The translations under genes and the position numbers were made by a program. Shown here one piece after another: positions 26,266 to 37,625 of a stretch of DNA of 64,000 nt. The notes below the pieces were generated by a model. The model saw only the letters and a list, made by a program, of their open reading frames with translations, had not been told where the DNA came from and did not search any database. The stretch is from the NCBI GenBank assembly GCA_010093815.1, contig ML996581.1. One strand, given 5' to 3'. How positions within the stretch are numbered: position 1 is the stretch's first letter; every line of letters begins with the position of its first letter. Origin of the DNA: Pseudovirgaria hyperparasitica (taxonomy: Eukaryota).

Positions 26266-27103
26266 TTATACTATACTTCTTAACTTAGATAGTATCTTTC
26301 TTTTATATTCTCTATCTATTCTAAGGATATTTAGTATAAATATAGCTAGATATTCCTAGGTTATTATAGATAGTAGCTATACTTCCTTCTATCTATTCTA
26401 TTAATTATAGAATTATAAGTCTAGATATTATTCTCTAAATAAAATATATTATACTTTAGTAAAAAAGAGTAGAGGGTTATTAAGGAAGTACTTTTTATAG
26501 TCTCTTTTCTAGTCTTTCTACTTCTTTTAGTTCTTCTCTATAAATATAGTTAGATTCTTAGATTTTAGTATATCTAGAGAAGAAGTAGAGTAAATTAGTA
26601 ATAAAGTAGCTAGAAGTATAGTAGATTATTATAACTCTAATAGTAGGTAAACTAATTCTATCTAAATTAGTATAGAAAGTTATCTATCTACTATTATTTA
26701 GCGTAGTTCTTTAAGAGACTCCTTAAGTTCTTATCTCTTTATAAGAAGTTTTATATATTCTATCTACTCTTTAAGAGTTTAAATCTCTTAGATTTAACTA
26801 ATAATATACTTCTATAGTTTAGTAATAGTTTATTATAATATCTTATATAGCTCTACTATAACTTATTATCTAGCTTTATATTATTAGAAGTTACTTAGTA
26901 TATCTACTATTTCTTTATCTAAAAGCTCTATAATTTAGTCTAATATCTCTACTTCTTAGTTAGAAATAGCTAGAATTAATATTAATTATAGAGAATTTCT
27001 ATTATTTAATATAGTATTACTTATCTCTATAGTAGATTATATTAACCTTCTTAGTTCTAGTTAGACTATCTTAACTATAGTACTATATAGATAGTAATTT
27101 AAA

Positions 27104-27331
27104 TATAAGAATAGAGTTATTAGATAGTAGTATAGTTAGATAGAATAATATAGTATATTCTCTTATAGAATAAATTACTACTAAACTCTTTTAATAGAAA
27201 TCTAAGAGTATATATATAAAGGGACGCTAATCTATTTAGTATATAACTATTTACTATCTATTATACTACCTTCTAACTAAGTTAGCTAAGGTATATATAG
27301 ATATAGTTATATCTAAGACTAGGTTCTAATA
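27104..27331 (-). repeat. 5' LTR of element A
   Basis: Direct repeat of 6711-6938. Confidence 0.92.
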
Positions 27332-27517
27332 CTATCTATCTTAGCTCTATTATATAATACTAGAGATAAAATAAAGCTAAAGTCTATAATATATATAAAG
27401 CTAAGATACTAATCTATCTAGTATATAACTATTTACTACTTATTATACTATCTCTAGCTAAGTTAGCTAAGATATATCTAGATATAGACTAGTCTTTAGC
27501 TAATTTCTAATAAGTAA

Positions 27518-27941
27518 AGAGTAATATATTAGATATACTCTAAGAAACTTAACTATCTAAATACTATATATAAATTACTTAGTATTAATATATACTATAA
27601 GATAAAGTCTATTTAAAAGTAGTCTAAAACTATAAAAGTATATAATAATTTAGATTACTAAAGATAGTTTCTTAAAGAGAGAAGATATAGTAATTATTAG
27701 AAATAACTACTAGTAGCTAATAGCTAAACTCGAGCTCTATATATTAGAGCTAAGATAGTATAAATAATAATAAATAGTTATATATAGTAAATATTAGTAT
27801 ATCTTTATATATATATATATTCTCTAATTACTACTACTACTATAATAGAGCTTAGTAGTAATTTAGTTCTATAATAGAATATACTCTATTATTCTATCTA
27901 GCTATACTAGTACTCTACTATCTAATAACTTTATTTTTATA
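27518..27941 (+). mobile_element. Element C, right piece: 3' internal end, PPT and 3' LTR (~27695-27941)
   Basis: About 27580-27694 resembles the reverse complement of 6940-7070; about 27850-27941 is an inverted, diverged copy of the A/D LTR end. Confidence 0.65.
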
Positions 27942-28229
27942 CTAGCTATCTATATATTATAGTAGTAGTATTTACTAGTAATATCTAAAACAACCCATGA
28001 AATGAAATCACTAGTTATATTATAAGCTAAGCGCTAGAGACGTATAGCTACGTAGGTACGCCTTCTATAGTAACCTCTATCCCCCTCTAAGCGCAGTAGC
28101 TTCGAGTTTCGACCATTTTGGTGGAGTGGTATGGTCCCTGGAGCGCTTACCTCTACAGTTAGTCTACTAATTCTAGCAACTGTTATCTCTTGCTTCTTAC
28201 TTACATCTATCATCTCTCTACAGGCCAGA

Positions 28230-30353
28230 ATGACTCTTGTCCCAGCAATCACCCTCGACGTTGCTGTGAGAGCCAACCCGGCGCGGATCTTACCAGCTCT
28301 GCTTGTCTGCACCTCTTACCAAAGAAGAGGCTTGGTGGAACTGATCACTAACCAGCAAGGTGATATCGAAACTTTTCCGGATGGGTCCGTCGTCCAACTA
28401 CGAACATCGGATAGATCAGTGGTTGTGGACCAAGCAGTCCTGGAGTATCTTTTCCAGTTGGACAAGGAAACCCTAGATCACAACCAACAATGGCTTACGT
28501 ATTGCAACGATTTAAATTCTCCCGACTACCAGGAGCTGAAACCTCTTCTCAGTCAACTGAATGGACATCTGCTGGTGCGAAGTTTCGTGACCGGCTACGA
28601 TGTTGGACCTGCAGATCTCGCGATTTGGGGCGCCCTCCGTGGAAACCATATCGCGCAAAATGCAGTCAAGAAGGCCTCGAACAACGTTTGGCGCTGGTAT
28701 CGCTATGTGGAGACTTCCATGCCTTGGGTTGCTGAGAAAGCATATGAGCTCGCAAGTCAGACAGGGAAGAAAAAATACACAGATAGCGCGGCTGGAGCAA
28801 GTTATGACCTTGGCCTTCCTCAGCTCGATATCCCAATTGTGACACGATTTCCTCCTGAGCCATCTGGATATCTGCACATCGGGCATGCAAAAGCAGCCCT
28901 TTTGAATGACTACTTTGCACACAAGAATGAGGGTGGAATTCTTATTTGCCGCTTCGATGACACGAATCCATCGAAAGAATCGATAGAATTTCAAGATTCG
29001 ATTACCGAAGACCTCAAAGTCATGGAAATCTATCCCGACAAGACAACATTTTCTAGCGATTACTTTCAGCAAATGTATGACTATGCTATCAAAATGATCA
29101 TGTCTGGCAGAGCTTTTGCCGATGACTCTGAGCTTGGAAAAGGAGACGAGGACCGGAAGAATCGTCGTCCCAGCAAATGTCGCGATCTTGGTATCGAAGA
29201 GACTCTAGCGCGGTTTAAGGATATGCAGTCCGGTTCCCATGAGGGCCAAAGATGGTGCTTGCGTGCCAGAATCGCCTACGATTCTCCCAATGGCGCCATG
29301 AGAGACCCGGTGATTTACCGATGCAATCAGTTACCTCACCACCGGACCGGCACAGCGTGGAAGATTTATCCGACATACGACTTCTGCGCTCCAATCTTGG
29401 ACTCCATCGAGGGGGTTACCTTAGCCCTGCGCACAAACGAGTATAGAGATCGTAACGCTCAGTACGAATGGATGCAAGAAGCCCTTGGCCTACGAAGAGT
29501 GCCCATCTGGGACTTTTCCCGCATGAATTTCGTGCGCACACTTCTCTCCAAGCGTAAGCTTGCTCACATTATCGTAAAAGGCAAAGTCTCGGGTTGGGAT
29601 GACCCTCGCATGCCAACAATCAGAGGGATACTCCGCCGTGGCATGATGGTAGCTCCACTACGTGCATTTGTTTTGATGCAAGGTCCAAGCCGCAATATCC
29701 TGAACCTTGAATGGGGCGCACTGTGGGCCATGAACAGGAAAGAAATCGATCAAGTCGCGCCACGGCATACAGCCATAGACGAAACACAGTCGATCGCTTG
29801 TGAGGTTCGTGGTGTCAATGGCCCAATCAAAAGTAAGAAGCCCAAACATGGCAAAGTCCCTGAGCTTGGTGAGAAAACAGTCCTCTACGGTGGAAACATC
29901 ATTATCGAGCAGACTGACGGTCATTCCTTTGAGATTAATGAGGAGATCACCTTGATGAACTGGGGCAACGCTCTCGTACGTGAAATCACCTGCAATCCAG
30001 GCGGCGGGATCGTCACAAATCTGGTTCTTGAGCTGTATCTTCAGGGTGACGTCAAGAAGACGAAAAAAAAGGTCACCTGGCTTGCGGCATCTCCCGAAAA
30101 TCTGGTCCCCATTGAGCTTGTGAGATTTGACTACCTAATCACTAAGGACAAACTTGAAAAAAGCGACAAACTCGAAGATTTCTTAACCGAACGGACTGAA
30201 TTCAGGCATCGGGCATTAGCGGACTGTAACGTGTCACAGCTTACATTTGGATCGATCATTCAATTCGAACGCAAGGGTTTTTACAGGCTTGATTGCTTGA
30301 ATAGGATGGACTCGAGGCTCACCTTCTTTGAGATTCCTTCAGGGAGATCGTGA
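28230..30353 (+). CDS. GUS1: Cytosolic-type glutamyl-tRNA synthetase with N-terminal GST-like domain; intronless, possibly a second paralog
   Basis: TRFPPEPSGYLHIGH, RFDDTNP, MRDPVIYR, YPTYDF, LLSKRKL, WDDPR, QFERKGFY; ATG at 28230 preferred over 28131. Confidence 0.93.
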   Translation: MTLVPAITLDVAVRANPARILPALLVCTSYQRRGLVELITNQQGDIETFPDGSVVQLRTSDRSVVVDQAVLEYLFQLDKETLDHNQQWLTYCNDLNSPDYQELKPLLSQLNGHLLVRSFVTGYDVGPADLAIWGALRGNHIAQNAVKKASNNVWRWYRYVETSMPWVAEKAYELASQTGKKKYTDSAAGASYDLGLPQLDIPIVTRFPPEPSGYLHIGHAKAALLNDYFAHKNEGGILICRFDDTNPSKESIEFQDSITEDLKVMEIYPDKTTFSSDYFQQMYDYAIKMIMSGRAFADDSELGKGDEDRKNRRPSKCRDLGIEETLARFKDMQSGSHEGQRWCLRARIAYDSPNGAMRDPVIYRCNQLPHHRTGTAWKIYPTYDFCAPILDSIEGVTLALRTNEYRDRNAQYEWMQEALGLRRVPIWDFSRMNFVRTLLSKRKLAHIIVKGKVSGWDDPRMPTIRGILRRGMMVAPLRAFVLMQGPSRNILNLEWGALWAMNRKEIDQVAPRHTAIDETQSIACEVRGVNGPIKSKKPKHGKVPELGEKTVLYGGNIIIEQTDGHSFEINEEITLMNWGNALVREITCNPGGGIVTNLVLELYLQGDVKKTKKKVTWLAASPENLVPIELVRFDYLITKDKLEKSDKLEDFLTERTEFRHRALADCNVSQLTFGSIIQFERKGFYRLDCLNRMDSRLTFFEIPSGRS

Positions 30354-30656
30354 CAATATGGAACTAAAATCATAATAAAACTTGAAGACAATCTTCCTCA
30401 GGCTTCCAAGCTCTAGTAGTTAGATAAAAGAAAAGGATATTTATTACATATAAAGTCATAAGATTACTAGTATATGATGCTTTATGGTCTAATCCATGTT
30501 CTATGCACATATAATAGATAGACCTCGGCCATGCGCTATCTAGCGCCATTGACATGATATAGCCGGGTCGCTGATTAGCTGCCTTTGGGGGAATTCCATC
30601 GCCTGTATGTTGTTCATTCTTCTATAGTTGTACTCACCGAGAACAGAATAAATATC

Positions 30657-31112
30657 ATGGCGACTAAATTTCCTCCCATTCTTACTCTTCAGGGGGCGCG
30701 CGAAGCCGTTATCGCTGCCACACATCGTGCCATAGAGATTGGGATCCCTATGAACATCGCCATCGTCGACGCCAATCTTCACCTACTACTCTTCGAACGC
30801 ATGGAGGGTGCAAAAATTACAAGCATCGATATCGCCATCAATAAAGCCTTTACTGCAGCAGGCCACCGTGTTCCGACATCAGTTTATAAGGAAGCAGTGT
30901 GGCCTGGGGGTGCTGCTTTTGGTATATGGAATAGTAATGGGGGGAGGTTTACAACAATCGCAGGAGGCTGTCCCATTGTGGATGTACATGGCAATGTTCT
31001 TGGTGCGATTGGATGCAGTACGGGTACGCCAGCAGAAGATGAAGATGTAGCTACCAGAGGGAAGGAAGCCATTGAGAGAGTTGTAAGGATTGGATCTAAG
31101 GCGAAGCTATAG
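30657..31112 (+). CDS. GlcG/HbpS-like (DUF336) putative heme-binding protein
   Basis: MNIAIVD..L..F.RM.GA...SIDIAINKAFTA..GG.PI..G.VLGAIGCS.GT...DEDVA pattern; 151 aa. Confidence 0.88.
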   Translation: MATKFPPILTLQGAREAVIAATHRAIEIGIPMNIAIVDANLHLLLFERMEGAKITSIDIAINKAFTAAGHRVPTSVYKEAVWPGGAAFGIWNSNGGRFTTIAGGCPIVDVHGNVLGAIGCSTGTPAEDEDVATRGKEAIERVVRIGSKAKL

Positions 31113-31576
31113 TTGCGCCCATGACCTATAAGAGACTTCGTCCATGAAGTACGTTAGTCTTCTTTGCTCATGCTACCATGGTGCTAGCCGGACCTTGAGG
31201 AATCGAGAGAGATAACACCTGTCAAGTGTCTAGCTCTAACATGTCGTCAGTACTAGGTGCCCACTACTATCCCGAGACATAGAGGAAAAGACTGAATGCT
31301 TCCAATTTTTTCGCAACACGCTAGTCACCAGCATAGAAACAAGGCTAATGTCCGTGTATCAAAACTCTGCTACTATTCGCATGATATTGCGCAATAGCTT
31401 CGACGCGCAAACGTTGAAGACAAAGACGTAAGAATAGCCCATAAAAGAAATGTCTGGCTGAAGGTTGACCGGGTTTGCATCAATGTAAACACTGGACTTT
31501 TGAGGGACTGATAAACATTATAGCCATTACTAAAGCTATTACTATATTCGGTCTACTGTAGACTCAATTATTCTTG

Positions 31577-34500
31577 TTACCAAAATTTCCACCCTTTACG
31601 CCGCGGTGCCATTTCATACTCCTCTGTCAGCATGCTCTCATTATCATTGTCTTGACCGTACTGAAAATCTATCTCGCGCTCAAATTTCCTATCACCCACG
31701 GGGTTATACGTCGCGCTAGTTTGCCCAATAGACTCATCTCCATCTCCCATGTGTGATCTCGGATTCGGGATACCCATTTTCTGCAGCTTCTTAGATATGG
31801 CTCCATTGCGAGCTACAGTGACGAAGGGCTCTTCCCCAACTTGTCTATCGGGTCCGCGGATACGACCTACCCCTTGATATGACGTTCCCTGGACTGCGCG
31901 TGGAGCCGAATTACCTGAGTTATCCGAGTTTGGAATAGCCGTACGTGAGAGTGGTGGTTTACGATCAGCCGCATAAACAGGGTCGGGAAGATACTTATAT
32001 AGCTGTGCTTTTGGGTCACGATGTCGAGCAGCTCCATCGTTTGTTGATGGCCCAATGGACGTGGAAGCTTGCTTTGTTGAAGGCGCAGGAAGCTGTACAG
32101 GTTGCGGAATAGATCTGGTAGAGAAGCTGATCGGTCTGTTTGGCAACCCCGATTCAGCGCTATCTATAGTTTCTGACCTCTCTTCGTACCTGGCCATGTC
32201 TGGCTTATGGCGAGTTACAGTGCTGAGACGCCGTACTATATTCGACATCAAGTTGCCGCCGATGCTCGCCTTCTGCTGTATAGAGTCTGGAGAGAGAGAG
32301 GGCGCAAATGAACGTGTTGAGCTCCTATCGTCCCGTGATGGTCTTGGCGGTGGACCACGATAGTCAAGTGCAGGCACAAGTAGCCGGTATGGGGCTGTGA
32401 TCCCAGCAGGGTCTTTCTGATTGACTTCCGCATTGATGATAATATCCAAGCCGTGCTGCAAGTCAATACGTCCCTGCCTCTGCTCGGGATCATCGCTTCG
32501 TAAGGCCGCTTTTTCAGAGAGACCAGTGGGCCGACGGTGGAATGGGTTCGGTCGAACATCCATGGAGGTTCTGTGTTGAGCGCCATGGAAATTTGCTCCA
32601 TCATCAGGTATGTCGCTTGTTGACTGGCGGCGTGCCGCATTGCTACCTGTAGACAAGCGACGCTGTATGCTACCAAGCAAGCTATTCCGACGTCCTGGTG
32701 CATATCCTTGTGTCATGAAAGCTGTGGGCGGTTTTGTACTGCGGACGGACAGCCGACGTTCTATACGCGCAGGAAGACGGTTAGAAAGCACCCGCTTTAT
32801 CGTTCCCGGAGGATATATATGTCTATCGTCAATGAGCGGTGTACGTGGAGGCGTTGGAGAAAGGGAAGGTGGTGTGGGTGGTGGTGTACGGCCTGGCTGG
32901 TACTCCCTAATTGAGCACCAATTTCTCCGCGGAAGCAAATGAGTGTTATTTCTAGGTTTGCCGTCGACATCATGTGTAAAAATTGGGATCATGTCTTCGT
33001 CGGTATATTTGTCCAAGTGATGAATTTTATTGCGTTTGTTCAGAACGTCCGCCATAACATCCGGCGGGGGTGTATTGACAATTGCAGATGAAATTACGTT
33101 CGGCATGTATCTGTGATCTCGATCCTTGGGGACGCCGAGTTTCTTGTTGCTATAGAATTGCCCGACACCAGCAAGGTGTACGTCGCCTCCGAGAATGGTG
33201 ATGCGAACAGACTTCTCGGCTGCGAATTCCTGAAGGTCCTGGATGAAGTAATTACGCTCTGCCTTGTGATGCTTCGCTGTCCAGTGGTCATCTAGGTCGT
33301 CAAGAATCTCAACGCCCCCATCAAATTTGTTGACGATGTTACCAAGCAAGCCCATGCGTCCTGCAGCTTTGATCGGGTACATGATTCTTGAGGTGAGAAT
33401 ATTTTCTAGGAAATTGTACCGAGGATATGCGATTGGCTGAAGTTCCAAATCAATATGCATATTCTGATTAAGATTATTTCATTCCACTTACCACCCCTAG
33501 AAGGATTAGGAGATGCTTTACCTTCCCCTTTACAATCTCGCCTCTGAGTCTACTGAACACGAGATTGTAAGATTCGTCGCTTAATACCGTGTTGTTCTAG
33601 ATTGAGGATTAGCAGGAACAAGATTGCAGGATTTGATCCCTACCGTCCGTTCTGTTCGACAATCAAGGCCGAGGAGAGCAATGTGACCCCCAAGAGACAT
33701 ATATACACTTCTGCTTAGCTCGTTGATGTATGGCCCCGGGGCGGCACCGAGTAACCAGGACGGCTCCGTTTGTTCCGTCTCGTCAGCAACGCTCTGGTGC
33801 TGGAATAACATATAGAACTTGTAGGCTACGGCTCCTAGGCCAGTAAAGACTGGGGTCCGCATAAAACCATGTGGATACGACCCGAAACCCTGAGAGCCAT
33901 TAGCGAAGGGTATATGTTCTCCCAAAAAATTCAACATACATCTATGATATCATGGTCGTCCCAAATGTTCACCATCGGAATTTGGGAAGCAGCCATGCCA
34001 AAGAGACCTTGAGAGAACCACATTGCGTAGCGGTTAAGGTAGAATTCTTCTAATTCATCTTGCATCTCAGCTGTGAATTGAGCGTTGTGTTTGTGTGCCG
34101 GATTTTTCAACTCCGTCCACTCCTGGAACAGATGTGTCTGTTTCATCGCGGCGTCGTTGTATATCTGGTCACCACCACCAACCATAACATGAAATGGGCG
34201 TATCTGATGATTATTGAGAACATCCCTCCACAGCGGGTCTGGGCCGCAGAACTCATGCGGATTGACTGAGAGGCTGAACCCATTACAGCTGTGGAACATG
34301 ATATTCATACTCTGACCTCTCGCTGGCACCCAGAATCCAATGGCGGGGCCACTGTTGATTCGATATGCTATTCTTGTCTGCTGGGGGCCTAGTTCAACCT
34401 CGAGATTAAATCTCCAGAAAGTGAAACCTCGTTCATTGTGCAGCCGAAACCCTCTGACCTCACAATACTTTCCGATACGTTCACCGTCTTTCTTTTGTGA

Positions 34501-35795
34501 GTCTCTATTATTTGTACTCGGGGAAGTCTTTTGTACACTGTGATAAGACGCCGATTGGCGTTCTTCGAAAAGGCCATCGTCGTCCTCAATCCTTGACAAG
34601 TCTCGCTGCTCTTCCAATGTATGTACAGGTCTCACGTACAGGGTCTTGCCTGACCGCGATGCTTTGACTTGCCCAGCCAAGGGATCCACATAACAGGGCT
34701 CCAGGTGCTGGCCGCTTGCAATATCTACGTGTTCCGGAGGAGGTGACGAAAGCTCCATTGGCTGCTTGAACATTCGCAGAATTGGGACAGTCTGGTAAGA
34801 CGATCGACTGTCGGTTGTTACAATCATGACGCTGCCACGCCAGATATCTCTACCCAAATTGTTACCAGCAGACTCCGACTTAATGCCCGTAAAGCGCAGT
34901 AGAGGACCGCTCTTGAGGTATAGCTGGGGGCTGAACATTGTAGGAGCGCGGTCTTGCTGATACTGCGTATCTCGAAAGGTATTTCCTGGGGCAGACTGAG
35001 AGGACGATTTCCGTCGCCCTTTTTGTGAGCCACCACGTTCCAACCAGGCCTGGTACTCTTCGTCGTCCAAGTCAAGATCTTTGCCTCGCAGACTTGCAAT
35101 GCCTCCGCGTTTCCACTCATCCAGAACCTTTGGCGCTTGGTAGCGTCGCTCCAGATCGTGGTGCCTGTGAAAGGGGTGAGCAATGTTATGTCGCGTCCGA
35201 TGTGTACTGTCCTCGCGTTCTTCGGGGTTCTCTACAGGAGAGCCTACTTGGCCGCGAGCCTGTGGTCCTGTAGCGGACTGAGGTGGTAACACATATCTAC
35301 GCCTAGATTGATCACGGCTTGGAACTTGCTTAGGCATAAAATCGTCTCGAAGAGGAAGCTCTCCGGGACTATTCTGTCTTGCAGGTATAATATCTGCCTC
35401 ATTAGACCTGGAACTTTCATGTGTCTGCTTGGCAATTCTGACCCGTTCAATTGGCATAGGTGACCGACCAGCGTCGCATTCTTGTGGCTCAGCAGGGTTG
35501 AATGGTTTCTGTTCTGCAGCGCGGAGGTGCTTCGGAGTTCGCGATTTTTGGTCCTCAACGTCTGAAAGTCCCAACCCCAGTGCAGTTGTTCCACGGTCAA
35601 AAGTATCAACGTTGAATGGTTCGCGCTGTACGTGAGGATCCAGCATGGACTTTACCTTTGCTTCGCGGTCTCTGTAGCTTGGTCCTCGTGGCATGTTCGG
35701 TTGCGCTGAGTTACGGTGTGGGAGGTGATATATAGTCTTGTCAGGATGTCCATAATATACAGGCCCCGATGGACGCCCAAATGAAGAGCGTTCTG

Positions 35796-35826
<31 letters not shown>

Positions 35827-36582
35827 TTGATGGCTATATTGCGTATTCCTCCGTGCTCCCTGGTGTGAGCTAGATTGTGATACTGTTGCTGGGATTGGGA
35901 CAGAGACATGTCGTCTTTCGTTTGGGGAGACCGCGTTGTCGGGAATGGAAGGATGCTGAGGTGGACGTTTGTTCGCGGTGGCATCCCTGACCGAGCGTTG
36001 TGTTGCACGGGCAATTGCAGCTTTGCGTTCCTGTGCGGCAAGTTCTGCATCCAGAACCCTGGCTCTCTTCTCCTCTTTGCTAATGTCATCAAGCTTGACT
36101 TCCAGCTTCTGTAGGGGAGACCGGTCGGGAACAGAGCTGCGTCGTTTGTCACTTGAGCTTTGTGGCACGGATGCCGGCGTATTTATGGTATCTGCAGGAC
36201 TGGGAACTATTGCAGCCTCACGCAAGCTATACGGCTCGCGATAGGCTAATGGTGGTCCAGGTCGCCGAGGAGCTGGAGCGTCTGGGACACTTGGCGGTAG
36301 GTTGAGAGGTGCCCCAGCTTCGGGGAGATTTAGGGGACTTTGTCTCCTGCGCTGTGGGCCAGCTCTTACAGCCTCACTATCGGACGGAGCCAAGGTATAG
36401 GACTGACGGGACGCATATGGTACATATTCTCCTGCTTCCTGTGACGTTTTTGTAAGATGACTCTGGCTCGTCGCTCTAGACGCATCTCCTTTCTTAAGTC
36501 GGAAGAGTTCAGCAGGAACAGGACCAGGAGGAGGTAGTGCTCCGCGAGAGACTTTTACACTATTGCTTCGGCGGTGCGACAT
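31577..36582 (-). CDS. PhoD-like metallophosphatase with long disordered termini (exons 36582-33940, 33889-33644, 33596-33492, 33436-31577)
   Basis: FHSCNG, GGGDQIYND, WDDHDIIDGFGSY (across intron 33890-33939), GLDCRTER, LGGDVHL; three GT-AG introns keep the frame; polyQ at about 35797-35830. Confidence 0.88.
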
Positions 36583-37625
36583 ATCTGATCTACTGATGTG
36601 TCTGTACGTCAGGTAATACGAATCGGGGGCAGGAGTAGGTATAGCTGTTATGAGGCCTCAGAGATATTCCTACATAGCTCGGAGGAGCAAGCTTGTCCAG
36701 GAACACTAGAAGACTTAATCCGCAAGTCTACAGACAGCTATTTGACAACTGACGATCAACTATATTCAAGCAAAACCAATGCTTCCACCACAGGCAATGC
36801 GTCAACGTACGATATGTATGGCAGGCCGGATCGATCGTCGCAGGGTCGGGAGCGATGGGCACGCGCAGGATGTAGGAGTACAGAAGATTGCGTGACAAGC
36901 TGGAGAGATGGGACGCAGAAGAGACTGGAGGAGATTCGAAAAAGGCTAGTTAGAATATAAGGCGAAAACTCCGATTCAGCCCGTCTGTAGCATGGATATA
37001 TATATATGGAAGTTTATTAGCTCTGAACTGTGTTCACCAGGTAATAATTCAAGCTAGAGAGGAGGCTGGGGCTGGGAAGGAGAAAGCAAAGCAGGTCAGG
37101 GCATAGGAAAGAGGCCTGAGGCTGCAATACATCCATCCGATCCATTCCAGTAGCCAACAAAAACTGACTGGGGCCATCCATGGGGCGGCGCGGAGAACCG
37201 GCCAGGGGGAAGTCCGGGCCAGATGATAGATCGCATACCGTTTCATCACTGAATACTACACCTATACATGGCTACAGTCAACATCAGCCCTCCCTCCTCC
37301 CTTTGCTAGAAAGCCACAGCGACCTCGAAGACAACCGGAAACACCACTACCCTTCTCATCTTCCGTATTGTCAACGAAGTTGTTGTACACACTACTCGAC
37401 TCTACCTCCCTTTGATCCGCTGTCCATTTTCTACCTCAGGCAGTCTGACGGGGGCGAAGTACTTGTCCATTGCGATAATCAAACCATATCTACCTCAGGA
37501 ATCCAGCATTCTTATTCGGCATCGCGTACTTCCAGCGAACTTCTCATCTTCTTCGGCTGACCACGTTCTACGCATGCGGAGGCCTTTAATTCCAACAGTT
37601 CGAGATCTTGACTTTCTCCACCGCC

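Larger units (their letters stand above)
6711..27331 (-). mobile_element. Element A: RIP-inactivated Ty3/gypsy chromovirus (~7.3 kb net of nested insertions)
   Basis: 228-bp LTRs at 6711-6938 and 27104-27331; TSD CTATC at 6706-6710 and 27332-27336; PPT-like tract next to 6939. De-RIP motifs: protease ALVDTGA (~17590), RT ILFVKKKDGSLRLCVDY (~16870-16930), integrase tail AYKL.LP...IHNVFHV (~9140-9205), chromodomain W.GY..DTWEP (~8950-9000). Confidence 0.92.
6447..27512 (-). mobile_element. Element D: ~440-bp solo LTR split by insertion of element A (pieces 6447-6710 and 27337-27512)
   Basis: Termini TATAAG..CTAATA (RIP-converted TG..CA); 5-bp TSD AGTAA at 6442-6446 and 27513-27517; both halves resemble the LTR of A. 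Confidence 0.7.

Noticed and set aside
28131..28229. Hydrophobic N-terminal extension of GluRS that looks like a signal peptide
   Set aside because: Lies in TpA-enriched transition sequence and ends in an acceptor-like CTCTACAG; similarity to Gus1-type N-termini begins near the ATG at 28230.
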